Positions 39,801-52,366 of a stretch of DNA of 64,000 nucleotides are shown piece by piece (position 1 is the stretch's first letter; each line of letters opens with the position of its first letter). The notes beneath the pieces are model-generated. The model did not search any database. It was given only the letters and a program-made list of their open reading frames with translations, and was not told the DNA's origin. Origin of the DNA: Phaeosaccion multiseriatum (Eukaryota > Protista > Ochrophyta, other classes); the NCBI GenBank assembly GCA_965112735.1, contig OZ218957.1:124001-188000 (forward strand), given 5' to 3'. A program made the position numbers and the translations under genes.

Positions 39801-42800
39801 TCCTCCTCTCTCTCTCATCCTGTTCTGTTACGTCACGTCTTCGCCTTCTCCCCTCTTCCCCCCCTTCGCCAGGCGCCATCCGGAACCCCCACGGCAGCGC
39901 CCACAGAAGCACCGACAGAGACTGCTGCTCCTTCACTTGCCCCTTCGACACCAGCGACTGCTGCTCCTTCACCTGCCCCTTCGACACCAGCGACTGCTGC
40001 TCCTTCACCTGCCCCTTCGACACCAGCGACTGCTGCTCCTTCGCCTGCCCCTTTGACACCAGCGACTGCTGCTCCTTCGCCTGCCCCTTTGACACCAGCG
40101 ACTGCTGCTCCTTCACCTGCCCCTTCGACACCAGCGACTGCTGCTCCTTCACCTGCCCCTTCGACACCAGCGACTGCTGCTCCTTCGCCTGCCCCTTTGA
40201 CACCAGCGACTGCTGCTCCTTCGCCTGCCCCTTTGACACCAGCGACTGCTGCTCCTTCACCTGCCCCTTCGACACCAGCGACTGCTGCTCCTTCGCCTGC
40301 CCCTTTGACACCAGCGACTGCTGCTCCTTCACCTGCCCCTTCGACACCAGCGACTGCTGCTCCTTCGCCTGCCCCTTTGACACCAGCGACTGCTGCTCCT
40401 TCGCCTGCCCCTTTGACACCAGCGACTGCTGCTCCTTCACCTGCCCCTTCGACACCAGCGACTGCTGCTCCTTCACCTGCCCCTTCGACACCAGCGACTG
40501 CTGCTCCTTCACCTGCCCCTTCGACACCAGCGACTGCTGCTCCTTCACCTGCAGAGGCATTCGACGCTCCAGCGGTGAACCCATCGAACCCCTCTCTCCC
40601 GCGATCACTCGCGCCGGCTACGGACCCCTCCGACACAGGAGACGCTTCTCCGAGTGATGGTGGCGTGACAGAAACTCATTCTGCTTCTGACGCTACTCAA
40701 ACGTATTACTATCATCATTCTTCTTATTCTTCTCATGATTTAGAGGGGGGTACAACGGGGCATGCAAACTGCAGGACAGATTCCGTCACTTCGCCAGACG
40801 GTGAGTGAGTGAGTGAGTGAGTGAGTGCGTGAGCCGGTTCGCTCTCTCAAAGTCTCTGTCTCTGTGTGTGCGTGTCGTGCCTTCCTGTCTGCCTGCCCGC
40901 CTGGCCCCCTCTCTTCCCTCCTCACGCCCTCACCGCTTCCCTTCCGATCCACTGCCATCCTGTGCCGCCCCGTGTGCCTGTGAATGAATGTGAATGTGCA
41001 ACACGTGTGGTTGTGGCACTCACAGGCGAGGACTTTGTGTACGGCTGCTGCGGAACGGTGCTGGACCCGTCCACCGGCGAAGTGGTGCCCGTGAGGAGCA
41101 GCACCACCCTCATCCTCCTCAAGGTGCAGTTCCTTGACACCATTCGGACGGAGTACACCGTCTTGGCCGAGTATGACGCCGCCGCTGCGGGGGTGAGCGG
41201 GTGTGCGGTGGATGTGGAGGTGGACAACGACGGCAACTTGCTCGTGCTGGGCGTGTCTCAGCGGCTGGCGGTCCTCGGGCCTGAACCCGTGCAACCGAAC
41301 GTGGAGACGACAGCAGACGGAGGCCGCGGACTTGAAAGGTTGTTGGAAGGCCTTCAGACGGTCGACGGAGCGGACATGGACAGCGGAAGCGAGACGTTCC
41401 TGCTGTACGTCAACCCTTCCAACTTCGCTGACCTCTGCGGCGTGGTACAAGGCATCGGAGGGGGCGGAGCGGGCCGAGGGGTCAGTATCGTGCGGCAGAC
41501 GGTCGACGAGCTCGTGGTGCGTGTCCACTACATCGACGGCCCCTCGCAGGACATCAGTATGCTTGACGAAGCATCTTGTGCGGGGTATGCGACGCAGCTG
41601 GGCATAGGAACTGACGTGCCGGTGGACAAGCTCTACATAGACGGGCACGACTCCGGAGTATTCGTGAGCACCTTTCTGGCGGTGGGTGTGGTACTGGTGG
41701 CCCTGGCGGGCGTGTTTGGTGTCGTGGGGGCTACGTCCACCTCGAGAGGGCCGCAGCCGTCAGCGAAGAGCCCCAGCTCGGCGAGGTGAGTGTGTGTGCG
41801 TGTGTGTGTGTGTGAGGTGTGTGTGTGTGTATGTGTGTGTATGTGTGTGTGTGTGTGAGGTGTGTGTGTGTGTGTGTGTGCGTGTCTACGTTTGCGTGTG
41901 TGTGCGTGCGTGTGCGTGTGCGTGTGAGAGGTGTGTGAGGTGTATGTGAGTGTGTTTGTGGGTGCGTGCGTGTCTACGTCTACGTGTGTGTGCGTGCGTG
42001 TCTACTGTGCAGAGGTGTGCGTGTGTGCGCATGTGCGTTCTTCCTGACCCTGCCCCTACCTCCCGTCCTCTTGCCTATCCTTCCCCTCTCCCCATATGCT
42101 TCTAACCCCTCCCCTCCCTTCAGTGCCAAGGTGATGATTCAGCACGTGCAGGGCCTTGCTCTCCTCGCCTTCGCCGTGCCCGCAGAGAGGAGATTCTCCG
42201 ACTTCGCCAGGGCCCTCTCCTGGACCAATCTGTGGTGGACAGTGGACTTCCTGGACAACAACGAGGAGGAGGGGATTGCAACGGATGGGTCGAGGCAGTT
42301 GTCTGGGGAAGGGGAGGACTCGTGCGGCGGGCAAGAGACCGTGAAACGCTTCGTCGGAAACCTCCTCCTGGCGGGGGGGCTCGTGCTCATCATGGTGAGT
42401 GATTGGTGTCAGGACAAAGAGAGAGAGAGAGAGAGAGAGAGTCAGAACAGGAGCCTAACCCTCCTCCTCCTTGTCCTCTTCGTCCTAGGTGCTGCTGAAC
42501 CTCGTGCTGGGCAGTTACATTGAGGCCAAATGGCAGGCCCGAGAGAAGGCCAAGCTCGAATGGCGAGTGGCACAGAGGGTGGGCATCACACGCGGGGCTG
42601 ACATTCGAATGCACCTGACCCCCAGCCCCAAGGCGGCGTCAAGGAAGGGAGACCCCGCCCTCCCCTCCCCCCCCCGACCAGAGTCGCTCAAGGGCAGGCC
42701 CTCAGTGACCGCCCTCCCGGCAGCGAGGTCTGAGTCCCTCTCACTTTCCTCTCGAGCGGCGTCAGCGGCCCTCGGAGTGGCGTATAGGGATGAGCTCCGA

Positions 42801-45095
42801 GCGGCGGCGGAGTGGGACAGGGCGCAGTGGAAGGAAGACAAGGTAAGGTGATCCTGTGTGAACGAACCTGACCCTGACCCTGACCCTTACCCTTACTCTG
42901 ACGGTCCTGACCCACACCCACACCCTAACCCTAAGCGTGACCCTGACCCTGACCCTGACCCATAACCCAACCCTCAGGCCAATCGGGGGCTGCCTGCCAA
43001 GGTGCCAAGCTTCTACCGGGTCAGTGGCGTCATCGAGCAGCCGCAAAATCATCATCTGCAGCAGCATTGGAGCCGCGGGCGTGGGATTGAGGCGTGTGAG
43101 AGCAACAGCAGTGTGGGTGGCATGGCGGACCCAATCGTGTTCAACACGACGGCGTTTGATGGGTACCCTGAACCGCCCGAGACCCCCAAGTTCTGGACGT
43201 ACTACCCGCACGTGCTGCTCGTGGTGATGGTGTTTATCTTGGAGGGCACTTCGCTGGCAGAGATGGGGGTAATGACCTCAAACTGCGACTGGGCGGTGGC
43301 CGTGGGGGTGCTGACCTTCCTCCTGCTGCCCTGCCTCATTGCGCTGTACTGCGGGGGGTTTGTGGTGAAGCTGCTCCGGCAGAAGAGCGACTCCGCCCAC
43401 CAACTCGTGTTTGTGCGGTACGAAGACGAAGAGGAGGAGGAGGAGGGGAACGACGCTGCAGATGGCGACGGCTCTTCTCGCCAAGTGAAGAACCAAAAGG
43501 TGGGGGTGTGGGAAAAGGTGAAGAGGTCCATGTCGGCAACGTTCTTCGAGGAGGAGCGCTTCTTGTCCTGCTTCGACACGGGTGAGTGAGTGAGTCAGTG
43601 GGGGTGTGTGAGTGAGTGAGGCAGTCAGTGGAGGTGTGTGAGTGAGTGAGTCAGTGAAGGTGTGTGAGTGAGTGAGTCAGTGGGGGTGTGTCTGAGTGAA
43701 GAACGGAGATGGAGAGGTGTGGAGAGAAGCTTTTTCGCGGCTGTGTGAAAAAGAAAAGGAACGTGCTAATATGACACCCCTCCTCTCTCCCTGCCGCCCC
43801 TCAGGAGCTTGGATGACGGTGTACTGCAATGAACCGGGACTCCTCGCGGCCGCTTCCGAGCAGCACCAACATAATCTACGCCGTGAGCAAAGGGAGGGAA
43901 GCGCTTTGGAAGTGTCGGCCCAGCGCGCTCTGAAGGTCAGAAAGAGGGTGGCAGAGGCAGAGCTTCTGCGCATCGGCAACGAGCCCATATACGCGGACTT
44001 CACAGATACCGGCCTGTACTACGCACTCTTCCTCTACGTCGAGATCCTAGCCCTGGCATCTGTGGCGGCCTTCGTGCCCGACGAGACGACGCAGCTCATC
44101 ATCTTCCTTGCTTTCACGGCTGTGAACTTGCTGTTCGTGGTGATGCTTCGGCCGTTCTGTAACTCGGAGCTGAACCTGGTGGCCGGTGTGGGCGCGGGCG
44201 TGAACCTGTTGATGCTGGCGCTGCTGCTGACCATGCAGTTCGACGGTTACGCGGGGGGCGAGTTCGAGAGGAGGGGCACAAACGCCATCTACGTCATGCA
44301 GGTGGGTGTCAAGTCAGTACAGTACCTAGTGTCAGGCAGGCCTGGTGTCAGTCAGTGCCTTGTCTTGATCATTGCCTGGTTTCAGTCAGTGCCTGGTGTC
44401 AGTCAGTGCCTGGCGTCAGCCCGGTGGGTGGGCTGGGGTGGGGTGGGCTTTTCGGCGAGGATGGGGGTAAGGGCCCGGAAACCCCCTCCCCCTCACCTCG
44501 TGCTGAGCCTGAGTAGTGCGAAGAAGAGAGAGAAACTCTGTCCCTGACATTGCCCCCTCCCCTCTCCCCTCTCCCCTCTCCCCTCTGTCTGCAGGTCGTG
44601 TTCCTCGTGACGGTTTCGCTGCCCCTGTACTTCGACGCCCTCCTGGGGCTGTGGCAGGCCGCCCTCTCGGCCTGGAGGTCCGACGACGACGAGGACGAGG
44701 CAGGAGTAACCACATCCATGAAGACCAAGGGCGGTAAGGACGTTGACACGGTAGACAATCACGACGTGGCGACCCTCCGGCAGCTGCGCAGGGAGGACAG
44801 GCAGGTGTTCCTGAACACGCGGACGAGGGAGAACTGGAAGGCAGTCTACGGCAAGATGTTGAGGAAGAACTTCCGCCACTTTAGGGAGTGCCTGCGCTTG
44901 CCTCTGAAGAACCCGAGCCTGGCCACGCGTGGAGAGGGAGCCGAGATGGCAGCAGATGCCTCCGCGGTAGGCTCGCTTGGAAGCCTTAGGAGCGAGTTGG
45001 GCGCAGAAGAGACTGGGCAGGACACCCGAGCTGCTCCACAAGAGAACACCTGGGAGAACCTCCTCTCCGGCCGCCGGTTTAGCGGGGTGGCGTGA
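36887..45095 (+). CDS. Modular cell-surface receptor B (paralog of A): signal peptide, one 8-Cys domain, four knottin-like modules, ~300-aa Pro/Thr/Ala stalk, juxtamembrane domain, ~9-TM FLC/Pkd2-like domain. Ectodomain exons 36887-36953, 37318-37343, 37526-37912, 38244-38417, 38633-38794, 38996-39178, 39377-39535, 39873-40800, then six exons from 41026 to 45095
   Basis: Signal peptide MKVQLLSMLCALLLPAHLVQG; the 3' half has the same exon structure as A and near-identical TM exons. Confidence 0.8.
39921..40552 (+). repeat. 33-bp coding tandem repeat (TAAPSPAP[S/L]TPA), about 19 copies
   Basis: Direct reading. Confidence 0.95.
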
Positions 45096-45304
45096 ACCCT
45101 GCAGTGTGTGTGTGTGTGTGTGCGTGTGTGTGTTTCCACTCAGTTGGACGGGCTCTGACTTGACGGGTCAGTGCCCGGTGGCTGGGTTGAGAAGGATAGA
45201 CAAAATGTGCCCCTCCTCTGTCAAACACGACAGAGAGATAAAGTGCGTAAGTGTGTGATACGGTACACATTTGTTTCTGCGCGGGCTTGTGATGATGGGA
45301 CGGC

Positions 45305-45457
45305 TGAGTGAGTGGGTGAGTGAGTGAGTGAGTGAGTGGGTGGGTGAGTGAGCGAGTGAGTGGGTGTGTGAGTGAGTGAGTGGATGAGTGAGTGAGTGGG
45401 TGGGTGAGTGAGTGAGGGAGTGAGTGAGTGAGTGAGTGAGCGAGTGAGTGAGTGAGT
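45305..45457. repeat. (GAGT)n-type microsatellite
   Basis: Direct reading. Confidence 0.9.
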
Positions 45458-46148
45458 GTTTTCTGGGGCGTGACGAAGCAGGGCAGGACGCCAACGATGT
45501 ACTTGTACTTGACCATCGACGTAAAATAGACTTGACGCATGAGAGAATTAAGCATCTTTTTCACACTGCAATGTTTCCCTCCTGCTTTCTGTTGAGGCGG
45601 TGGGTCTAGTCTTCTAGTGCTGTCAGTCAACAGAGGCGGGTTTTCAGCGTTCTAGTGCTGTAAGAACAGAGACGTCTCAAACTTAACGCCGTCCGCACCA
45701 CCCTCGCTTGTCCACACACATTTTGTGGCCAAGTAGGTGTACAACCAACTGCTCAGTAGGGGCGCTTTAGCTTGCCCTCCTGATTTGCGCTTGGTCCTCG
45801 GCCCTCACCGCACAGCCACACACGTCGGTGCCGTCAACCTTTGCTTCCCTCCAGTACAACAATGGCACAACAGGGCTGGTGAATGCCATCGTCTGTACAC
45901 TCTATACCCTGCGAGGAGCAATTCAGAGGGAGGCCCCTCGGACAGGCTCTCTCCCTCTGTCCGCTTAGTTTGATGGACGGCCCAGCCGTAAGCAGAGTCC
46001 ATCGCGGAGAGAAGGATGTATTCCCCCCTTCCATGCCTTCCTACTAGCTAAACCCCCTTCAAGTCAGTAAGTAGAGAAGCACAGTCGAAAAGCCTTCCAT
46101 GTCGACCCCTGTCGGTGGCAGGTGGAGATGGCTGCCCTGGGTAGCGGC

Positions 46149-46179
<31 letters not shown>

Positions 46180-46334
46180 GATGCAGGAGAGCCCCTCCCT
46201 CCCCCCCTCCCTCTGCCAGCCTCGCTCCCTCGCTCGCTATCCACACCTTCGTGGCCGCTTCGCGCCGCTCGTCTCCGGCGCTGCCCCGCTCTGTCATCTC
46301 ATCTTTGTCTGATCTCGCACGTCTTCTCTCCATC

Positions 46335-46976
46335 TCATCTCCGGCGCTCCTGCTTCTGGGTGGAGCGAGCCTTCTTGGCCGCCTCTTTCTTGAGGCGGTC
46401 CCTCTCCAGTGCCAACTTGTCGCGTGACACCTTCTCCTCGTGCTCCTTCTTCATCTTAGCCCTCAGCGAAGCCTGCGCGTCCTTCACAGCCTCTCGGTTC
46501 CCATTCGCCCCCCCTCCAGGAGCATCAGCGCCCTCGTCCTCCTCGTCCTCCACCATCTCTTCCTCCCAGCCAAAGCTCTCGAGAATGCGCTGCTTCTCCC
46601 GTAGCGCGTCCGGGTCGTTCTCCCTCTCCGCCTGCTCCTTCTTGAGCTGTTGCTCGTGCCTTAGTGCCTCATCCAGCTCCTCCTGGTGCTGCTCCTTGGC
46701 CCTCGCCTGCTCCCTCACCCTCTGCCGCTGCTCCTCGGCCACCCGCTCGTCCTCCACCGCCGAGTGCTCCTCCCACTTGGCCCTCAGCCCCTGCATCAGC
46801 TCCCCCAGCGGCTCCTCTGTGGCGCCACTCAGGAGCTCCTTGATGGCCTCCATCCTCTCCCCCAAGTCGCTCGTATCCTCCTCATCTTGCAGAATGCTGA
46901 GGGCGTAGGTGGAGTACACCTCCCCGTCCAGCTGCAGCTCCTCCAGTCGAGCGCCCAGCCACTCCTCCAACGCCAT
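46335..46976 (-). CDS. CCDC43: Coiled-coil domain-containing protein 43 homolog (single exon)
   Basis: MALEEWLGARLEELQLDGEVYSTYALSILQDEE N-terminus and C-terminal N.N...V...R...K...RDK...TQKQERRR, characteristic of CCDC43. Confidence 0.85.
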   Translation of the reverse strand: MALEEWLGARLEELQLDGEVYSTYALSILQDEEDTSDLGERMEAIKELLSGATEEPLGELMQGLRAKWEEHSAVEDERVAEEQRQRVREQARAKEQHQEELDEALRHEQQLKKEQAERENDPDALREKQRILESFGWEEEMVEDEEDEGADAPGGGANGNREAVKDAQASLRAKMKKEHEEKVSRDKLALERDRLKKEAAKKARSTQKQERRR

Positions 46977-47104
46977 GCTTTCCTGATATTGATGCAGACA
47001 GGTATCCCAGGTATACCTGCCCATATGCCTGTGGCGATGAATCGCTCAACAGTGTGAACCTGAGGAGGCGTTGAAAGGCGGCAACCCACCCTCACAAGAG
47101 ACGT

Positions 47105-48849
47105 ATGAAGAGACAAAGAAGCTCTTCTTGGGATACTTCCAGCGGGAGGGGGGCTGCGAGGCTCAGACTACTTTGTCTTTGGCTGGCAGGAGGAGCAGCA
47201 GCCTGCACCAGGGGAGGAGCCGCGCGGACCACAAGCGGCCAGGAGAGGAGAGCGAACAGCGGCTTTTTGGCCCTGGTCCTGCCCAGCAATGGCATATCGT
47301 CGCAAAGATTTCAGAGTTGTAGCAGGAGCAGCAGTAGAAGACCTAGAGGGTGTCACGAGAGTGGAGAGGTACCACGGTGTCGTGGGCGTAATGGAAGGCA
47401 AGTTCTGTTTGCAGGAGAGCGTGGAGGAGGAGAGGGAGGACAGACGAATGCAAAGAGAAGGAGTGGGGGTCGGGGCCGGGGGCGAGGCGGGGGCAAGGGA
47501 AGGAGAAGAGGAGCGCGCGGCAGAGGAGGAGGACAGGAATCGGGGAGAGGGAGGGGGTCAGCAGCTCGTGGCGCCACCGATGCTGCCGGAGTGGTGGAGG
47601 GATCCTGGAGAGTGTTCGGGGTGGAGCTCCCAATCGGAGACGACCCTGGTAAGGACATTGTGACGCTGCCCAAGAGCCTGCTGCCCAGGGTGGCAGCCAA
47701 GCTGGCCTCTCCCGCCAAGTGGGAGGCCTCCGGGGTCACTCTGGATGCCTCCGAGGTGACGGTGGTGAGGAAGAGCTTCGACGCGCGGACCAAGGGGAGG
47801 GACGGCGAACCCAAGGTAGAGAAGGGGAGAGGAGGTATTGACGATGGCTTCGGCTCTCTTTTTTCTGTTTGACTCTCTCTCATGTCTCTCTTTCTCTCTC
47901 TCTCTCTCTCTCTGGCCCTCAGTTTGTGTACACTGTCGACGTCAAGCTGAATCCCTCGCTGTTCTCGAAGCTCCGCCTCCGCCCCACTCCGGGCAAGCTG
48001 GAGCCCTCCCCGGTGGTGCAGTACCCGACCAAAACCCTGCTATACCCCCTCCCGAGCACCGCAGCGACTGAAAACAGCAGTACCGACGAGGGGGAGGCAG
48101 CCGAGCCTAGCACCGCAGGTGTCGATGAGAGCAGCAGCACTGATAACAGCAACGGCAGCAGCGAGGGAGGAGCCGCTGGCCAGCCTTATCAGCAGCAACC
48201 TCTGCACCACAGCATCCCTCGGGTCGTGGTGGTGGGCAGCGGTCCAGCGGGTCTCTTCGCGGCTCTGACGTTGGCAGAGGCAGGACTCCGCCCCGTCATT
48301 CTCGAGCGGGGGCAGCCTGTCGAGCGGCGCGGGAGGGACATTGGAGCCCTCTTCGCTCGCAGCGTTCTCAACCCGGACAGCAACTTGTGCTACGGAGAGG
48401 GAGGCGCGGGCACGTGGAGGTGAGCAGTCGGGGCGCAAGGCGGCGGAGGGGAAGCGAAGGAGGGGGGGGGGTAAAAGTCTGCGAAGCTCACTCGAGGCAG
48501 ACCGGTGCTTGGGCTTGGGCTGTCGTTCTCCTGGTGGACTGGTGGTATGACACTGTGTCTTACTTCGTTCGGCTGGCCTCTTGAGATTGGAACTCACTCC
48601 CTCTGTGCGCAACGCTTCCCCGCGTTTTTTCGCTGTACCCGAATGGTGGTACGTGTGTGTGCATGTCATGTCGGCTCCTGTCCTCTTCCAGTGATGGAAA
48701 GCTTACTACACGGATAGGCCGCAACAGTGGGGACGTGAGGAGAGTGCTGGAAACCCTCGTCACGCACGGTAAGTGGGGCTGAAAGAGCGCACATACACAC
48801 ACGCGCGCACACACACACATACACACACGCGCGCACACACACATACACA

Positions 48850-48893
<44 letters not shown>

Positions 48894-50342
48894 CACTCTG
48901 AGCCTTCCTCGTGAATAACGTCCCGTATCATGTTCTCTGTGCGACTTGACGAAGCCTGCTGTCTGTGCGTACTGGGTTAATTCAGCGACTCCGTCACGTG
49001 ACTCTCATCCCACCCTGCGCTGCCCTTTCCCTGCCCGTATGCCGCTGATTATGCCCTACTCCCTCTCCCAGGGGCCCCTGAGCGCATCCTGGTGGACGGC
49101 AAGCCCCACCTGGGCACCGACCGCCTCGTGCGCATCCTGCAGGACCTGAGGGGGCTGCTCACCGCCCTCGGAGCCACCTTCCGCTTCGGCTCCAAAGTCA
49201 AGGACATCACGCTTAGAGGAGATGGCAGCGGCGGCAGCAGGGTGAGGAAGGGTGGGGAGGGAGGGGAGGGGAGGGAGGGAGGGAGGGAACGAGGGAGGGA
49301 GGGAGGGAGGGAAGGAAGGAGGGAGGGAGGGAGGGAGGGAGGGAGGGGAGGGAGCGAGGGAGGGACGGACGGACGGGAGAGAAGGGGAATCAAGTGTCAC
49401 GTCGTGAAGCCTACTGTCCACACACCAAATGAATGCCTTTCCCCTGTACTTTGATCCACCCGCCCCACCCCCCTCCTTGCCTTTCCTCTGACGACCTTCT
49501 CCTACTCTGCTCTTCTCTGCTCTGTGCATGCACGCCTCCCCTCTGCAGGTGACGGGTGTGGAGCTGGAGGGCGGGGAGCATCTGCCGGCAGACGTGGTGG
49601 TGCTAGCGGTGGGGCACAGCGCTCGACCCCTCTACTCGCGTCTCGTCGAGCACGGCGTGCGGGTGGAGCCCAAGGGGATTGCCGTGGGTTTCCGAGTCGA
49701 GCACCCGCAGCACCTCATCAACGAGATCCAGCTGGGGGCGGAGTACAGTTCGCTGGTGGACAGGGGGAGGGGTAAGGTGCCCGTTGCGGACTACCGACTC
49801 GTGACTCAGCTGCAGCAGCAGCAGAGAGGGGATAGCACTGCGCCGCCGCCGCCTGGAGCCGAGGTACCAGGAACAGCAGGAGCAGCAGGGGCAGCGGCGG
49901 GGGCAGCAGCAGCAGGAGTAGGAGGAGGAGGAGGAGGAGGAGGAGGAGGAGGAGGGGCCCAATCATCGGGCGCGGAGGACCCAAGCGTGTCCAGCTGCTA
50001 CAGCTTCTGCATGTGCCCGGGGGGGCAGATTGTGCCCACCTCCGTGGACCCGTCCGAGGTGTGTGTGAATGGGATGAGCTTCAGTCGGCGCCAGTCCCGC
50101 TGGGCCAATGCCGCATTGGTCGTCAACATTTCCCCAGCGGACATGCGGCGGGACCTTAACGAGAGGGGTGTGGCCTTTGAGCCCTCGTTGGTGGGGGTGG
50201 AGTGGCAGCGGGCCATGGAGAGAGAGGCCGCGCAGAGGGGCGGTGGAGACCTCGTTGTGCCTGTCCAGGTGAGGGGTGGAGGTATTGGAGATGGGAGTAA
50301 CGAAGTGGAGCTGGGACAGTTTCAGACCTTTTTTTGGCCAAG

Positions 50343-50398
<56 letters not shown>

Positions 50399-51144
50399 CA
50401 CACACAACACCTCGTCCTCCTCTCTCTGCGCTCTCCTACTATCCTGCTTGACTCGCCCCTCCCCTCTCACCCCCCTCTCTTCTGCCCGCCCCCCGCACCT
50501 GCGCTCCTCTCGCCTCATTCGGCCGTGTGGTGTGCAGAGGGTGACAGACTTCCTGTCAGAGGTGCCAGGACTTGCCACCGACCTGCCCTCCTCCAGCTAC
50601 CGCCTAGGCGTGCGTGCGGCGAGCTGCCACTCCATCTACCCGTCCTATGTCACGAGTGCGCTGCAGGAGGCGCTGCAGAGCTTCGATCGGACTATGCCGG
50701 GCTTCATCACGCACCAGGTACGTGAGGATACGTAAGGATTCCCATGTTCTAGTGCGCACATTTGCCCCGTGATCCTGACCCTTTTCCGAGATGCATATGA
50801 AGTGCAGTCTTATGGGAAAGAGGAGGAGGAGGAGGAGGAGAGAGAGAGGGAGAGAGAGGGTCTGACGGAGAGGGCCTCAAGCAAGAGCTCAGAAGCTGAC
50901 ACGTCACGTGCCCCCCCTACCTCTCCTCATGTGTCCTTAGGCCCTGCTGCACGGCGTGGAGAGCCGGACCTCTGCGCCTGTGCAGATCACGCGCGACCCC
51001 GTCTCGCTGGAGTGCCTAAGCGTGCAGGGGCTGTACCCTGGGGGGGAGGGCGCGGGCTACGCGGGAGGCATTATGAGTGCGGCGGTGGACGGGGGGAAGG
51101 TGGGCACCGCCATCGTTGCGCGCTTGCTCGCGGAGAGAGGATAA
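47105..51144 (+). CDS. FAD-dependent oxidoreductase, COG2509 / Arabidopsis PDE327-like, with an N-terminal extension (possible organellar targeting). Exons ~47105-47814, 47922-48419, 48691-48768, 49072-~49241, 49549-50268, 50539-50717, 50941-51144
   Basis: RKSFDAR, VVVVGSGPAGLFAAL...ILERG, NLCYGEGGAGTWSDGKL, KPHLGTDRL, VLAVGHSAR, AVGFRVEHPQ, YSFCMCPGG, VNGMS, GVESRTSAPV, GLYPGGEGAGYAGGIMSAAVDG. Confidence 0.9.
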
Positions 51145-52366
51145 GGGAAGGTGGGGTGGGCGACAGTCTTTGCGTGGACAAGGAGTCGGCGAGGTACTGA
51201 GTCTTCTTCTTGTTAGGGACAAGCGACAGCGACAGCCTCTGCTTTCGGCGGAGGAGAGCTCGCGGCGGGGATCGTTGAAAGGGGCCACACTGCGTCTGCG
51301 ACTGTCCCTCGCACGTGCGTCGCGTTTGGTGCTGGTGCGGTGGTACGGCTGCCACGCCTGTGCATACCCCAGTAAGCTCGAGGGTGGGCTGGGGGGGTGT
51401 ATTTGTCATGTATCAATTCGCTTCCATCGTCGCACAAGTGCTGCAGGGCTCGCTCACCGCTGTTGATACCCCTTCGGTGTTGTGTTTGTATGACTGTTTC
51501 GGGCGGGAGAGTCAGTACAAATGGCGTTCCCCATTCCCGAGAAAGTATGTCTGAATGTACCGCCACTCTCACATGGCTGAGGGGTATGAACATCTGGACA
51601 TGAGGGCTTATGCGAGGGCTGTTTGCGTCATTCGTGCGATTGGCCGTAGCGCTCCAGCGGGCCGACACGAACGGTCGATTCGCCACAGGATCATAGTCAT
51701 ACGACCTCGGGGGCTGCTTTCCCCTTCCTTTACTTTTATACGCCCTTAAGAGTAAAACCTGGATGAACGGACAGCTAATCGGTTTTGCTGCTAACTCTGA
51801 AGGATACAGGTTGTTTGAGGTTCCGATGGCTTTATTGTGCCTCCCTTACCTATGGCTACTCTGGACGCTGAGCAGAAATTCACACGCACCTCTGGAAAGT
51901 GGAAAAAGGGGGGGGGGGGGGCGAGGGGGGGGCCATTTCCCCAGCGGACAGACACCCAATTCCCTTACGTGCCGTACTTATGTAAGGATGTGACGTACTT
52001 ACGTAAGTATGCGACGCACTTACGTAAGTTTCTAAAAGTAATATCTTTTCCAATTTCTATGATTCTATGATCCCTTAGTAACTTACTCCCGACTTCTAAA
52101 GGTGGCAATGTGTTCGTAAGAGGCAGGGCCAAGACAGGGAGGCAAGTACGGCGCCAGTAGTGGCTAAAGAAGAAAAAGGGGGGGGGGGGGTGGGGGGGGG
52201 GTAGGCCCTGTCCGCAAAACGGGTGTGTCCGCCCATCCAGGTTTTACTCTTACTTTCTTCTTCTTTTTTTGCAACACACACTACAAACTAGGAGATGAAG
52301 TGCACAAGGGAGGGATTGTAAGGGGGAGGCCGCTGCAGCAGCAGCAGCAACAAAGGAAGGAGGAGA

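Noticed and set aside
45460-46050. Short ORFs downstream of receptor B
   Set aside because: No motifs or splice support; treated as intergenic
51315-51749. Two abutting in-frame ORFs separated by TGA (readthrough or selenocysteine?)
   Set aside because: No recognisable homology or SECIS, so it cannot be supported
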